From positions 149,629,151 through 149,693,150 of the forward strand of contig NC_068982.1 in NCBI RefSeq assembly GCF_001194135.2: DNA of 64,000 bases, written 5' to 3'. Position numbers and translations under genes: made by a program. Positions 13,385 to 26,648 of the stretch are shown here, piece by piece; positions within the stretch are counted from its first letter, which is position 1; every line of letters starts with the position of its first letter. The stretch is from Octopus bimaculoides. Its lineage: Eukaryota. A model generated the notes under the pieces. It saw nothing but the letters and a program-made list of their open reading frames with translations, was not told where the DNA came from and did no database searches.

Positions 13385-13765
13385 TTATTTTTACTTGTTT
13401 CAGTCATTTGACTGTGGTCATGCTGGAGCACCGCCTTTAGTCGAGCAAGTCGACCCCGGGACTTATTCTTTGTAAGCCTAGTACTTACTCTATCGGTCTC
13501 TTTTGCCAAACCGCTAAGTTATGGGGATGCAAACACACCAGCATCAGTTGTCAAGTGATGTTGGGAGGACAAACACAGACACATATATATATACATATAT
13601 ATATACAACGGACTTCTTTCAGTTTCCGTCTACTAAATTCACTCACAAGGTTTTGATCGGCCCGAGGCTATAGTGGAAGACACTTGCCCAAGGTGCCACA
13701 CACTGGGACTGAACCCAGAACCATGTAGTTGGTAAGCAAGCTACTTACCACACAGCCACTCCTGC
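13385..13765 (-). mobile_element. tRNA-headed SINE with internal microsatellite (local family B)
   Basis: Head gcaggagtggctgtgtggtaagtagcttg...gggttcagtccc, internal (TA)/(TG) tract, tail ggtgctccagcatgaccacagtcaaatgactgaaacaagtaa. Other copies near 19268, 19680, 22755, 29400, 34425, 47960, 51880, 52300, 53570, 58513 and 59041. Confidence 0.88.
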
Positions 13766-14495
13766 GCCTATAATAATCATGATTTTTTTATATAAACATG
13801 GGGACTCAATTATATGAATCTCAGTCCTTGACTAGTACTTTATTTCATGGAAAAGATGAAATTTTGTAACTGACCTTTGCAAGATTTGAACCCAGAACAT
13901 AAAGGACCATACCTAAATGCAGCATAGCAATTTATCCGAGACTCTCAGTTTTCTGCCAATATGTATTTATATGCTTTTCCAAATACACCAAACCAAGCCC
14001 TCTATTAGATGTAAAATGAGCTCTCTTCCAAATGGAGTATGGGTTCTCTGAGAAATTTTTTGTACTGAAGCAAAGTTAAGCATCAGTAAGCAAATTTACT
14101 TAATTTACTAATCAGCCATATGTCAGTAAAATCATTAGAGTACATGCTGACAAGTTGTCAGAGTCATTGCAGTGTATGATAGAATGCTTGCAGTATTTGT
14201 TCCAGCTCTCCACACTCTGATTTCAAATCCTGCAGAATCAATCCTTTGGTAGTGGAGGTTTGGGGGCTCAGTGAACAAAATACCAGACCATGGTTGTGGA
14301 ATGATGGATTGTCAGAATTGTTAGAACACTAAAATAGGATATTTTGTAGTATTTGTTCCAAGCATTGCCTTCTGCTGTCAGTGCCTGCAATGCCATTGGT
14401 ATTAAGCTGTTTTGGCCCTTGCATTTGTCTTTGTCATATCAAGGAAAACTGGTTTGGCTTTTAAAATATATCTTTCCTCACTTAAACCTACAACA

Positions 14496-14528
<33 letters not shown>

Positions 14529-15105
14529 NNNNNNNNNNNNNNNNNNNNNNNNNNNNNNNNNNNNNNNNNNNNNNNNNNNNNNNNNNNNNNNNNNNNNNNN
14601 NNNNNNNNNNNNNNNNNNNNNNNNNNNNNNNNNNNNNNNNNNNNNNNNNNNNNNNNNNNNNNNNNNNNNNNNNNNNNNNNNNNNNNNNNNNNNNNNNNNN
14701 NNNNNNNNNNNNNNNNNNNNNNNNNNNNNNNNNNNNNNNNNNNNNNNNNNNNNNNNNNNNNNNNNNNNNNNNNNNNNNNNNNNNNNNNNNNNNNNNNNNN
14801 NNNNNNNNNNNNNNNNNNNNNNNNNNNNNNNNNNNNNNNNNNNNNNNNNNNNNNNNNNNNNNNNNNNNNNNNNNNNNNNNNNNNNNNNNNNNNNNNNNNN
14901 NNNNNNNNNNNNNNNNNNNNNNNNNNNNNNNNNNNNNNNNNNNNNNNNNNNNNNNNNNNNNNNNNNNNNNNNNNNNNNNNNNNNNNNNNNNNNNNNNNNN
15001 NNNNNNNNNNNNNNNNNNNNNNNNNNNNNNNNNNNNNNNNNNNNNNNNNNNNNNNNNNNNNNNNNNNNNNNNNNNNNNNNNNNNNNNNNNNNNNNNNNNN
15101 NNNNN

Positions 15106-15500
15106 AACAGACAAGGACAGGTGGTGTAAATAACAAAAGGATGTATTAGTATGACGCTCGGGAATACGGAAAGTCTTTGACGTTTCGAGCTACGCTCTTC
15201 AACAGAAAGAATGCGGAGACAAGGAGAAAAACACGGAGAGAAAAAAATTGAATAGTGTCCAGTCAACGGTCAATCATAATAATGGCTGATCATAACAATG
15301 ACTGACAGGAAGTTAGAAATTCTTTTTTCAGGAGAGCTAAGAAAAGGGGGAGATAACAAACGGTGATCGAAGAACGAGGGGCTGTGTGTGGGAGATAGAA
15401 TGCTGGTGATCTTGACGTATGTAGTGTGAAAATGGGGAAGGGAGAAAGCACTTGGTCAGTTGTAGTGTGATGCGAGGGTGTTGGGAGGTGGGGATATATA
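15106..15500 (-). mobile_element. Family D repeat copy 2, with longer CT-rich upstream extension
   Basis: Homologous to 56892-57095 and continues about 230 bp further as pyrimidine-rich minus-strand sequence. The low end abuts a gap. Confidence 0.75.
15174..15210 (-). ncRNA. Minimal type I hammerhead-ribozyme-like motif (non-canonical core)
   Basis: Minus strand UCUUU CUGUUGAA GAG CGUAG CUC GAAA CGU C AAAGA: 5-bp stem I, 3-bp stem II, GAAA, palindromic ACGU stem III and a GUC cleavage triplet. The core deviates from CUGANGA. Confidence 0.65.
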
Positions 15501-15599
15501 TATATATATAAGCAAGACAGAAGGAAAATGCCAATCGTAACTCAATGAAATAGAAAGAACAAAACAGTATAAAAAGGAATGAGATCCTGAAAATATTCT

Positions 15600-16172
15600 T
15601 TTCTTTTCTACTCTAGGCAGAAGGCCTGAAATTTTGGGGGAGGGGGCCAGTCTATTAGATCAACCCCAGTACACAACTGGTACTTAATTTATCGACCCCA
15701 AAGGAATGAAAGGTAAAGTCGATCTCAGCGGAATATGAACTCAGAACATAAAGACAGACGAAATACCACTAAGCATTTCGCCCGGTGTGTTAACGTTTCT
15801 ACCAGATCAATTGATGAAATAATTGATCCCAGCAATGACATTATGAGTAAGAAAATCTTTAAAATGAGTGCAATTTTTCACCCAGAAACATGTATATTGA
15901 AACAAATGCTTTAAAAACAATATATTGGGACAACAATAATAAAAAATGAAGCTACAGAAAATAGGCTACAAAAAATCTAAGCCAATAGATTTCAAATTTT
16001 GGCACAAGGCCAGCAAGTTCAGAGGAGTGGGAGAGCCAGTTACTTATTTTAGTGACCATAAAAGGATGAAAGGCAAAGTCACCCTTAGTGGAATTTGAAC
16101 TCGGGACATAAAGAGAGATGAAATGCTGCTAGGCATTTTGCCCAGCATACTAACGACTCTGCCAGCTCACTG
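15600..16172 (-). mobile_element. Two family A SINE copies (about 15600-15800 and 15985-16172)
   Basis: Both carry gaactcag/gaactcgg B-box reverse complements and the atgaaaggYaaagtc block. Confidence 0.8.
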
Positions 16173-16279
16173 TCTTTCAAAATCTAAGCATATTGGAAAA
16201 GTGCATGGAATGAAAATTCAATAACACCACAAACATAGCTGAACATAACTAGTAGGGAATTTGCCTATACAAAAGCCTC

Positions 16280-16960
16280 CTAGCAAGTGAAAGGCTCATA
16301 AAACTGTGAAGTACTCTATTTTTTTGCAAAATTATCAAAATAATTAATCTCTGCACAGACTTCAATGAATTATTGCAGAGATGAGAATCATCAATATCTG
16401 ATTCATTACTAGAGGGAAAACAATATAGATTCCCTGAAACAGAAAATCTAGGGATTACCAAAACTAGGAAATAGTATTGATTACCTACAAACTCTGACAA
16501 TAAGCTGGTTAATCATAAAGAAGAAAAAAACAATAAAACCTTATCAAGAGGAACAGAACAGAAACAGAATTGCAAAGGGCTGTATGGATTTAAAGGACAA
16601 CAATTGGTAACCCAAGCAGTCATTGATGACAGTAAAAAAAATAAAAGTAAAATCTATCACATAGATTGATTTCTGAAACATCCTTCACAGAATATTGCAA
16701 TAAAGAATAATGGAAACTTTCTCCTAATAATAAAATAATATCAATAATGCCTACCCAAAATGGAAATTACCAATTCAGGATCAATAAAACTCTACTCCCA
16801 AAAGATGAAATTTTTAGAGGGATTCCTTATCTCTACTACTCCTCTGTTTAACACTAACTCCTTAAACCAGATGATTCAAACTGGAAATGTTGACTAATAC
16901 TATGGACAAGGTGTAAACCATATCCTCTTATAGAAGATTTAAATACTAGCTTCTTTGGCA
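16280..16960 (+). mobile_element. R4/Dong-like RLE LINE reverse-transcriptase remnant, heavily decayed
   Basis: Fragmentary motifs EEQNRNRIAKGC..KGQQLVTQAVIDDS, IFRGDSLSLLLLCLTL and VNHIL correspond to RT motifs such as GIFQGDSLSPLLF and NHLLYMDD. Confidence 0.55.
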
Positions 16961-18639
16961 TCTTTCATTTCCATAAGGGGCAGTCCACAACATAAGGAAT
17001 ATTGTGCATCAACACTGACTAATCTTGGTTAAGCACTGGTTTCCTCTCCCCGCTCACACACAGCCAACTTGATAAGGTTTCATTGCTTTATTTTTATGTT
17101 TCAAAAACGTAAAAAATATAATATTTATTCCTGCAGGAAAATTAAAAGATTTCAGAGGGATAGCAAAAAGAATGAAATATTTAGCCTTCTCCTTTTATTT
17201 TCTACACACCAACAGAAAATAGACAATTTCTGGTTTTATTAGTGCAATAATTCAGTAACAGTTAAACAACGTATATTGTTTTTCAGTCCAGGTTTGAGAA
17301 AAAATAATAATTTAAGCATGGAATTTACTTCACATCAATTGAAGCAAAGTTTATGTAATAAATGTGTTATAGAAAATGTAGAAACATTTGTTCATATTTT
17401 AGTTAGACAACTGAGTAATGCACTGAAGAAAATGTTCATATTTTCTTGTTTGTAAGGTCAAATGCTTACAAATAGATAATGGTCAACAGTAAAGAGAATA
17501 AGACAAATAATGTATGTGCTTTTAAATTGGTGGGAATAGCGATCAGCAAATGATTTTTCATTCAGGCAAAAATGTTTAATGATTTGAGACAGTCCAAAGG
17601 AAAGCTGATTCTGATCAGTTGAGACAAAAGGAAGAGTTAATTGTTAGCTAAGAGAGATTGAAGTCAAATATTTTGCTGGTAGTTGCTTCTGAATGAAAGT
17701 AGGAACATAGGAAAACAGTTGTGTGCACTTTTTCAATATCCTAAAATGGCTGACAAACCATTAGTCTTTGATTGGCTAAAATAACACATATAACAAAGAT
17801 TTCAACTAAAATGTCATCTGAATGAGGTTGGTATACTCTTCTCAAAACAAGTAGAATCAAAATTAATCATTTTGAATATAAAATCCTATCAGCTGAGAAA
17901 GCTTAGACTCTTATAACTAGCCATTCATTCATTATTTATGTGTGTGTGTGTGTGTGCGCACGCATGCGTGCGTGCACATGCATGCATGTATGTGTTGGAA
18001 AATGAAGTACAACTACAAATCATAAAAGTCAGTGATGTCCAACATTTACCTCTTCCTCTACTGTTTCAGTAATGGTCCATGCTTCATTACTAGAGAACAG
18101 AACTAGTTCCATGCAAACTTCGAAAAGTATCATTTGAATTCTATTATTGACTAAAAGCTATATAAGAGATAATGTTCATTGTGAGAACATAGAAGAAACT
18201 GTAGTGACAAAGAGAAATGTATAGGATTTAACAAATTTGCTAGAGGTATATAAAGAAGAGGAGAATTAATTAAAACAGTAAGTATAGACACCAAAATCAG
18301 AAAATTAAGCATAATCAACAATATAATTGTTAAGAGTAGATAAAACTGATAAGATTCATTATATGAAAATGAAGGAGCCTATTAAGAAAGAGTAGTATGG
18401 AAGAATCAGACTGATATTAAAATCCAAATTCAATGCCAAACATAAGATAACGGTTATAAATACACCAGCCATTCTAGTCATAAACTACAGTAATATAATG
18501 AAATGGAGGTTAATTGAATTAAAGAACCTAGTTAGGAAAACTAGAAAATTTCTCTGAGCCCTTGAGGCCAATACTGACAAAGATAGGATATATCCACTAT
18601 GTGCATTATCATAAAGCAACTGAAGTAAGTCTTGGTATG

Positions 18640-19262
18640 TAATTAGAAGCAAATGTGCTGGTATGGTCATGTGATGCATATGGACAAGGACAGCTGTGTA
18701 AAGAAATGCCAATCTCTAACTGTGAAGGGAACCTGTGGAAAAGGCAGACCCAGGTACACATGGGACGAGGTGGTGAAGCATGATCTTCGAATGTTGGGCT
18801 TGACAGAGGTGATGATAAATGGCCAAGACCTCTAGTGATATGCTGTGCTTGAGAAGACTCATCAAGCCAAATGAAATCATGCCAGTGTCATGTGAACAGC
18901 ACCCGTTAAATTGTAATTGTGGTCATTGCTAGTAGCATGGTCATTGAATGTCAGGCCTCATGAAGGCGATGACAAGTGACCAAGACCTTTGGTGATATCT
19001 TGTGCCTGAGAAGACTCATCAAGCCAAGTGAAATTGTAGTCATGGCCATTGCTGGTGTCATGTAAATGGCATCTGTGCTGCTGGCATGTAAAAGGCACCC
19101 ATTACACTTCTAGAGTGGTTGATGTTAAGAAGGGCATCCAGCCGTAGAAACCATGCCAAATCAGACTGGAGTCTGGTGCAGCCCCTCAGCTTACCAGTAA
19201 CTGTCAAAGCGTCTAACCCATGTCAGCATGGAAAGCAGACATTAAATGATGATGATGATGAT
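18640..19262 (+). mobile_element. RTE LINE 3' end with internal duplication and (GAT)n tail
   Basis: ORF 18653-18835 (WYGHVMHMDKDSCVKKCQSLTVKGTCGKGRPRYTWDEVVKHDLRMLGL). The block gaccaagacct...gtgcttgagaagactcatcaagccaa occurs twice (about 18820 and 18975). Confidence 0.88.
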
Positions 19263-19267
19263 GATAT

Positions 19268-19655
19268 ATATATATTCTTTTACTTGTTTCAGTCATGACT
19301 ATGGCCATGCTGGAGCACCGCCTTTAGTCGAGCAAATCGACTTATTCTTTGTAATCCTAGTACTTACTCTATCAGTCTCTTTTGCCAAACCACTAAGTTT
19401 CAGGGATGTAAACACACCAGCATCGGTTGTTAAGCGATGTTGGGGTGGACAAACACAGACACACAAACATACACACACACACACACACATATATAGACAA
19501 CAGGCTTCTTTCAGTTTCCGTCTGCCAAATCCACTCACAAGGCTTTGGTTGGCCGCCTGAAGCTATAGTAGAAAACACTTGCCTAAAGTGTCATGCAGTG
19601 AGACTGAACCCGGAGTCATGTGGTTGGTAAACAAGCTACTTACCACACGGCCACT
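19268..19655 (-). mobile_element. Family B SINE
   Basis: Near full-length match to 13385-13765; a partial second head follows at about 19685-19838. Confidence 0.85.
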
Positions 19656-20809
19656 ATGAGATATATATACACTGTATATACTATGAGTTTCTTTCAGTTT
19701 CCCTCAACCAATTCCACTGACATGTCTTTGATTGGCCCCAGATTATAGCAGAAACAATTGGCCAAGGTGTCATGCAGTGAGACTGAACTCAGGGGCATGA
19801 GGTTAACAAACAAACTTCTTACCATATAGCCATGCCTGTTTCTTATACTTAGAAGAAAAAATACCTATTCTGTTTTTATGTAGTTTACATCTGATAGTTT
19901 CTGATTTTCTTCTCCTTTCCTGATAATCATTGAACAATTAGAATTATTTTTCTTTAGAATATTTTTCTGAAATCTTTCTGTTGGTTCTGAATGATCCATT
20001 AGTTTTTCTCTAGCCTTAATTCATTAAACTAGTTTTGTTGAAATAAATAATCTATTCCTTTTCTGTCTAGTCACAATGAGTATTGAGGTCAACATGAGAC
20101 ATATCAGGAAGCCTTGATGAGAATCTTTGGAAAATGTGAACTTTGAACAAATGAATATAAATCTTGATTGCCCTATCCTAATTCCTTTATGGAACTCAAT
20201 TATAAATGTGAATAAGCAAGATGGTTGGTAGTTAGAGTGAAGGAAAATGTTATTTGTGAGACAAAACCAAAATGTTCTTTAATATCCTACAAATAAGAGC
20301 TATTTAAGCTCCTAAAAGAAATGCAATTTTCTCATAATCAACATGGGGTTTAATTATAAAAGCTGCTCACAATTTAGATTAGATTCCATGCAGTGTTTTC
20401 TTCTTTGAGAATTAAGGTTTGAGAATATTTAACAGAATAAGACTAATGAATATTAGCTTAGTCAAGGAAACTGGAAGAAGATTGAAAATTATTGACAGTA
20501 AGTGCAGACAATCAAAAGTTCAAGTGAGTGTGTGTACATGTACTCATGCCTACATGGGAAATGGACATTAAATAATGATGACAATGACAACGATGATGAT
20601 GATGATGATGATGATGATATATACGTATATATCATCATCATAATCAACATCATTTAATGTCTATGTTCAATGCTGGCATAAGCAAGACAGTTTGAGAGGA
20701 TCTGCAAGGTCCAAGGATTGCATCATGTTCCATTGTCTACTTTGACATGGTTTCAGCTTCTACAACTTTATAGCCCTACTAATGATATATATATATATAT
20801 ATATATATC

Positions 20810-21888
20810 ATCATCATCATCATTTAATATCCATTGTCCATGCTGGCATGGGTCAGACAGTTTGAACAGAGCTGGCAAGCAGGAGAGCTGCACCAGGCTC
20901 CAGTCTGATCTGGCAATGTTTCTACAGCGGGATGCCCTTCTTAACACCAACCACTTCACAGAGTGTGATGGATGCTTTTACATGGCACTGTGCAGGCACT
21001 TTTACATGCCACTGCATGGGTGCTTTTATGTGGTTCGGCATGGGCAATATGTGTGTGTGTGTTATGTATGTATGTATGTATGTATGTATGATATACACAA
21101 ATATAAATACATAAATAATCTATGTATGCATATACAACTGAGTTATGCAAAACAGGTATGCTTGATGCATCTCTTTGCCAAAAGTTACTGTATCAGACAA
21201 CACACCTGAATTTACAGTACTGAAAGGTTGGTTATATATGCTCTTTATGCCAAGGGTTGATAACCAACCTTTCAATTGATTATCAACCCTTGGCACAAAG
21301 AGCATATATACACCTATTTATCATCCACAGTCAAATGGGAAAACCAAGTGAGCTGTCTAAACCATCAAACATGCCTTATCTGCATGGAATCCTATCCACG
21401 ATGCCATTGTTAAGTTTTGTAATTTGCTTATTTTATAACAAGTGCCAGTAAGGTGACACTGGTAGCAATCACACTCGAATGGTGTGGTGGCACATAAAAA
21501 GCACCATTCGAGTGTGATCGTTACCAACGTCACTTTACTGGCACTTGTGCCGGTGGCATGTGAAAAACAACATTCGAGCAAGGTCGTTGCCAGTGCCACT
21601 GGACTGGCTCCCGTGCAGATGGCACATAAAAAAACACCATTATAGTGTGGCCATCGCCAGTACCGTCTGACTGGCCCTCATGCCAGTGGCACATAAAAGC
21701 ACCCACTACACTCTCGGAGTGGTTGGCATTAGGAAGGGCATCCAGCTGTAGAAACTCTGCCAGATCAGATTGGAGACTGGAGCAGCCTCCTGGCTCGCCA
21801 GCCTTCAGTCAAACTGTCCAACCCATGCCAGCATGGAAAGTGGACATTAATGATGATGATAATGATGATGATGATGATGATGATGATA
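20810..21888. mobile_element. Two RTE 3' UTR fragments in opposite orientation (about 20810-21040 minus, 21435-21888 plus)
   Basis: Both carry the ggcatcc(a/c)gctgtagaaac...cagatcag block and a (GAT)n or (ATC)n tail. Confidence 0.8.
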
Positions 21889-21946
21889 AGCATGCATATA
21901 GGAACAAGGATCAAAAAGCCATTAACAGCAAATTTCTATCTTGTTG

Positions 21947-21984
<38 letters not shown>

Positions 21985-22688
21985 GGATATACAAATAGTG
22001 ATGATGATGTTATAAATAAAACACACACTTATATATATGTATATAGGCAATCTTTATATTCAACTTAACACAAATGTTTTTCTTAGAATGCCAAATACTG
22101 TAGTATTTACCTTTAGAGGACCTCTCATGTGGAAGTACAGTGCATAAAAAAACACATACTTATATTGCTGGCAGATGAGAATTATTTGCTACAGGCACTG
22201 GATTCTTGTCTGCCAACAATATAAATGTATGTGCTTTTATGCATCATGCATCCATATTGGAGGGTGAAAAACACAGTATTCAGCTTTCTTAAAAAAACGC
22301 CCACATTAAGTTGGATAAAAAGGTTGCTTTTTGGTATTAACACTGTTTCTACTGGTAATGATTAATTTTTAATGTCTGTTGGCTATTTGCAGTATCAGTG
22401 CCAGAAAAGTCACTGTAATTCTATATAATCTTGGTAGTGAGATTTGGTTGGTATGCAGCAAGTAGACAGCTGTCACTGAAGAGGCACTGTATGTCAAAAT
22501 CACATGATCAGGGAGTTCTGGATCCATAGTAGATGGTTCTTCTCTGCCAATTATATAAAAATGTGTTTTTATGCCCCATGCATCCATATCAGCATTCTAG
22601 CAAAATATCTACATTAAGTTGGATATAAAGATTGCCTTTTGGTACTGATACTACTTCTGTTGCTTATAATTAGATGTGTATATATGTG

Positions 22689-22729
<41 letters not shown>

Positions 22730-22754
22730 GCACACACATATATATATATATATA

Positions 22755-23713
22755 CTCTTTTACTTGTTTCAGTCATTTGACTGTGGCCATGCTGGAGCAC
22801 CGCCTTTTTAGTCGAGCAAATCGACCCCAGGACTTATTCTTTGGAAGCCTAGTACTTATTCTGTCGGTCTCTTTTTGCCGAACTGCTAAGTTACAGGGAC
22901 ATAAACACACCAGCATCGGTTGTCAAGCAATGATGGAGGGACAAACACAGACACAAACACACATACATNNNNNNNNNNNNNNNNNNNNNNNNNNNNNNNN
23001 NNNNNNNNNNNNNNNNNNNNNNNNNNNNNNNNNNNNNNNNNNNNNNNNNNNNNNNNNNNNNNNNNNNNNNNNNNNNNNNNNNNNNNNNNNNNNNNNNNNN
23101 NNNNNNNNNNNNNNNNNNNNNNNNNNNNNNNNNNNNNNNNNNNNNNNNNNNNNNNNNNNNNNNNNNNNNNNNNNNNNNNNNNNNNNNNNNNNNNNNNNNN
23201 NNNNNNNNNNNNNNNNNNNNNNNNNNNNNNNNNNNNNNNNNNNNNNNNNNNNNNNNNNNNNNNNNNNNNNNNNNNNNNNNNNNNNNNNNNNNNNNNNNNN
23301 NNNNNNNNNNNNNNNNNNNNNNNNNNNNNNNNNNNNNNNNNNNNNNNNNNNNNNNNNNNNNNNNNNNNNNNNNNNNNNNNNNNNNNNNNNNNNNNNNNNN
23401 NNNNNNNNNNNNNNNNNNNNNNNNNNNNNNNNNNNNNNNNNNNNNNNNNNNNNNNGTGCCCCTGGACTGGCTTGTGCGGGTGGCACATAAAAGACACCAT
23501 TTCGAGCGTGGCCGTTTTCGTGCGGGTGACACGTAAAAGCACCCACTACACTCTCTGAGTGGTTGGCGTTAGGAAGGGCATCCAGCTGTAGAAACTCTGC
23601 CAAATCAGACTGGAGCCTGGTGTTGCCATCCGGTTTCACCAGTCCTCAGTCAAATCGTCCAACCCATGCTAGCATGGAAAGCGGACGTTAAACGATGATG
23701 ATGATGATGATGA
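22755..23713. mobile_element. Family B SINE 3' half (22755-22968, minus), gap, then RTE 3' UTR (23456-23713, plus)
   Basis: Direct homology to the other family B and RTE-tail copies. Confidence 0.8.
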
Positions 23714-23789
23714 TATATATATATATATATATATATACATACACACACACATATACATACATACATACACATGTGTGGTAGTTATAAAA

Positions 23790-24020
23790 TGACTGGCTGG
23801 CACTGTCATATAAGCATAGAAGACCGAAACATTTCCAGTCTTCTATGAAAGCATATCCAGCCATGGGGAAATATTGCCTTGCTCGGATACAGGTGAGGAT
23901 TGATGGCAGGAAGAGCAATCAGGCATAGAAAATCTGTCTCAACAAAATTTCATCTGACCTATGCAAGCATGGAAATGTGAACATTAAATTAATGACAATG
24001 ACAACAGTGATGATGATAAT
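23790..24020 (+). mobile_element. Second RTE-tail-type short repeat (local family F)
   Basis: Block gaaaatctgtctcaacaaaatttcatctgacctatgcaagcatggaaa...attaaa plus (GAT)-like tail. Also at about 735-840, 24840-25090 (-), 35745-35850 and 49900-50115 (-). Confidence 0.7.
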
Positions 24021-25149
24021 CACAAAGAGTTCTGTTAAAAACGCTAGATATTTTTTTTCCTCACAGTACACTAACAAATCTCATATTTTTGCTGTTATTG
24101 TATTATCTTTTAGAATACAGACCAAAACTTGTCTCTTCAATTTCAGCAATCATATTCCATGTCACATGTAATTTGCTTTGCATATCCAATCTTCTCTTGT
24201 ATGATTGATTGAAGATTCTAGTCGGGGCTATAATAATGACAAGTAACGAGGATTCACTTGATTCATTGAGGTTCCCAGGAGACAGACAAAGTTTGATTAA
24301 GTAAAAATAGATAAAAAATAATTTTGTGATTTCTCAATCTGCTTAAAATAACAGTCAAATGAGAACCATCAATAATAAGCTTTTTAAAATAAAAACTTTT
24401 TTAAATGGACCCTGTAAAGCAAACCAGTTCTTCGTTTTTAGCTTCATTTATTGTTAATTAACAACATGGATATGGTACCAGACATACCATAGCCACAGCA
24501 TAACCACAGCATAAACACAACCTAGCTATTGCAACAATAAAAAGATTAAAAGAAACTAAAGTTTCCTCAAGAAATTTGAATAATTTCAATGAGATAGGAA
24601 TATTGTCCAACCTAAAGCATACTTCCTCTACTGTAAGTCAATTCACATTCAGGATACATTATAGAATGTAAACCAACCCCAGTTCTTGACTAGTGATGTA
24701 TTTTATCGATCACAGAGGAATGAAAGTTAAATTTGACATTAGTGGAATTTAAACTCAGAAGATAGAAGATTGCATCTAAATATCCTGTCAAACACTCTCA
24801 CAATTTTGCCAATTCACCACTTCTACCATTTCCCTCCTCATCATCATCATCGTTGTCGTCGTTGTTATAACATCTACTTTTTCAGATAGAATCCGCTTGG
24901 GCAGATATATTCTATAGCCAAATGTCCTTCCTGTTGCCATCCATCACATATTTCCAAGCAAGGTAATTCCCCATGACTGGACATTTTTTTCATGGATGAT
25001 TAGAAACAAATGACAGTAATACTTATAATGGTGATGCACATTTACAATTATCATGCAATGTCAAGACAAGGAGACACAAATACACACATAAACAAGCATG
25101 CACACATGCTCTTTTTCACTTATCTTCAGCTTTATGTTAATTTCCACAA

Positions 25150-26190
25150 CTGTACACAGTTTCTCTTCTCTATCCCAAGTCTGTTGTGCTTACATTTTAT
25201 TGAGGTTTTCACAGGGACATTCCAGCAGTATTCCTTTTTATTATAAGTGGCTATGGCTTCTACCATACTGTGGGTTCTTATTTCTTTGTCCTCGGGGTTA
25301 TCCTTCAGACAGATTTATTTATAGAGTGTCCTAGTTACAACATCATGTCTCATTGGTAGATAATACTGTGATGATATTTTCAGACAACTGTTAATGATGT
25401 GGGTGATATCTTCAGTATTTTACTCCACAGAGTCTACATCGGTTGTCACATATTACTGCTTTTCCTATATCTCTATCTTTTTTGTGCTTCAGGGATTTGG
25501 TTTATATTTCCTGTTCCTGAATTGCCAACACATACCCTTCAAAGTGGGAGGTGGTAATCTGGCTATTGGTCCATGATAAACTGCTTTGATGATCAATGTT
25601 ATTTTCCTCTTGGAGCTTTCTACTAACATATCCATGCATAGTCCTCTGCTCATAAATGCTCATTCTTTCATCAAATGATACATTGTAGTAGACTTGTGTG
25701 ACTTCTTTGGGCATGTATTTAAGGTTATCAGACAAGGAATGTTGAAGGAGCTGCCTTCCAAGTCTTATGATGTTATCAGCCACATGTATGCAAACTTGGT
25801 CAAGGGATGCACTTCGACACTTGGTGGTTAAAAGATGTTGCCAAAGGGATATGATGCGACATTCAATGGCACTTTGGATCGATGTTAAGCCTCTGCTGAC
25901 TTGTTTTCGTCTTAGGTAGAGGCAGTCTACATCACTGTTTATGTAGAAACTATGTGTATTTGTTAGTATTTTGGGGATTTTTACATTGATAGCTCATATC
26001 TCATCAAGCATCCAATCAAGCAGCCCAAATGTTGGGATGAGTACTAGCACTGCAAACACACTGTGGGCCACTGTTCTATTGAATGCAGAGAGTCTGAGGT
26101 CCAAATTTTCTTTATTCGGCTGTAATATTCTTTAGTAATACGTGTTTTGTTACAGGTGCCATTATAAGATACGTATGCATGTATATATGT
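25150..26190 (-). mobile_element. R4/Dong-like RLE LINE 3' half (post-RT, zinc knuckle, start of RLE)
   Basis: KEYYSRIKKIW, ORF 25502-25783 (MHGYVSRKLQEENNIDHQSSLSWTNSQITTSHFEGYVLAIQEQEI), then CDNRCRL...EDITHIISSC...RHDVV (CCHC-type knuckle). Confidence 0.85.
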
Positions 26191-26434
26191 ATGTATGTAT
26201 GTATTTATGCATGCATGTATGTATGTAATGTCAGGTTGCACTTGAGTGCAACTGGTAATATATAACCCAGTACAGCCTGTTGCATGGTTAGGGTTTCAGT
26301 AACTACCTGGCAATACCAACAAACCAGCTTGGTGAGAAGGGTGGAGTGGATTTTTGGACACCCTGCAGGGTTGAAAATGCTCATAAAAGGGTAGTGTCAA
26401 CAGTCATCCAATTACATGATATATATATATATAT

Positions 26435-26477
<43 letters not shown>

Positions 26478-26617
26478 CATACAGAAAGAGAAAAGATAAA
26501 AAGAAAACAGATTTGTTTTACAGGATTAAGGAGTATATTAGAGTCATAATAATAAAGATATTATACATTCTTGTACAAAATAAAATTTTATCAAGCTAAC
26601 ACACACCCATACACATG

Positions 26618-26648
<31 letters not shown>

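Noticed and set aside
17745-17785. AAAATGGCT plus ATTGG motifs as a promoter
   Set aside because: Short motifs without other support; expected by chance.
18050-18170. Exon-like segment with splice signals on both strands
   Set aside because: The minus frame (VLFSSNEAWTITETVEE) matches the RTE motif LLYGSEAWT, so it is a decayed LINE.
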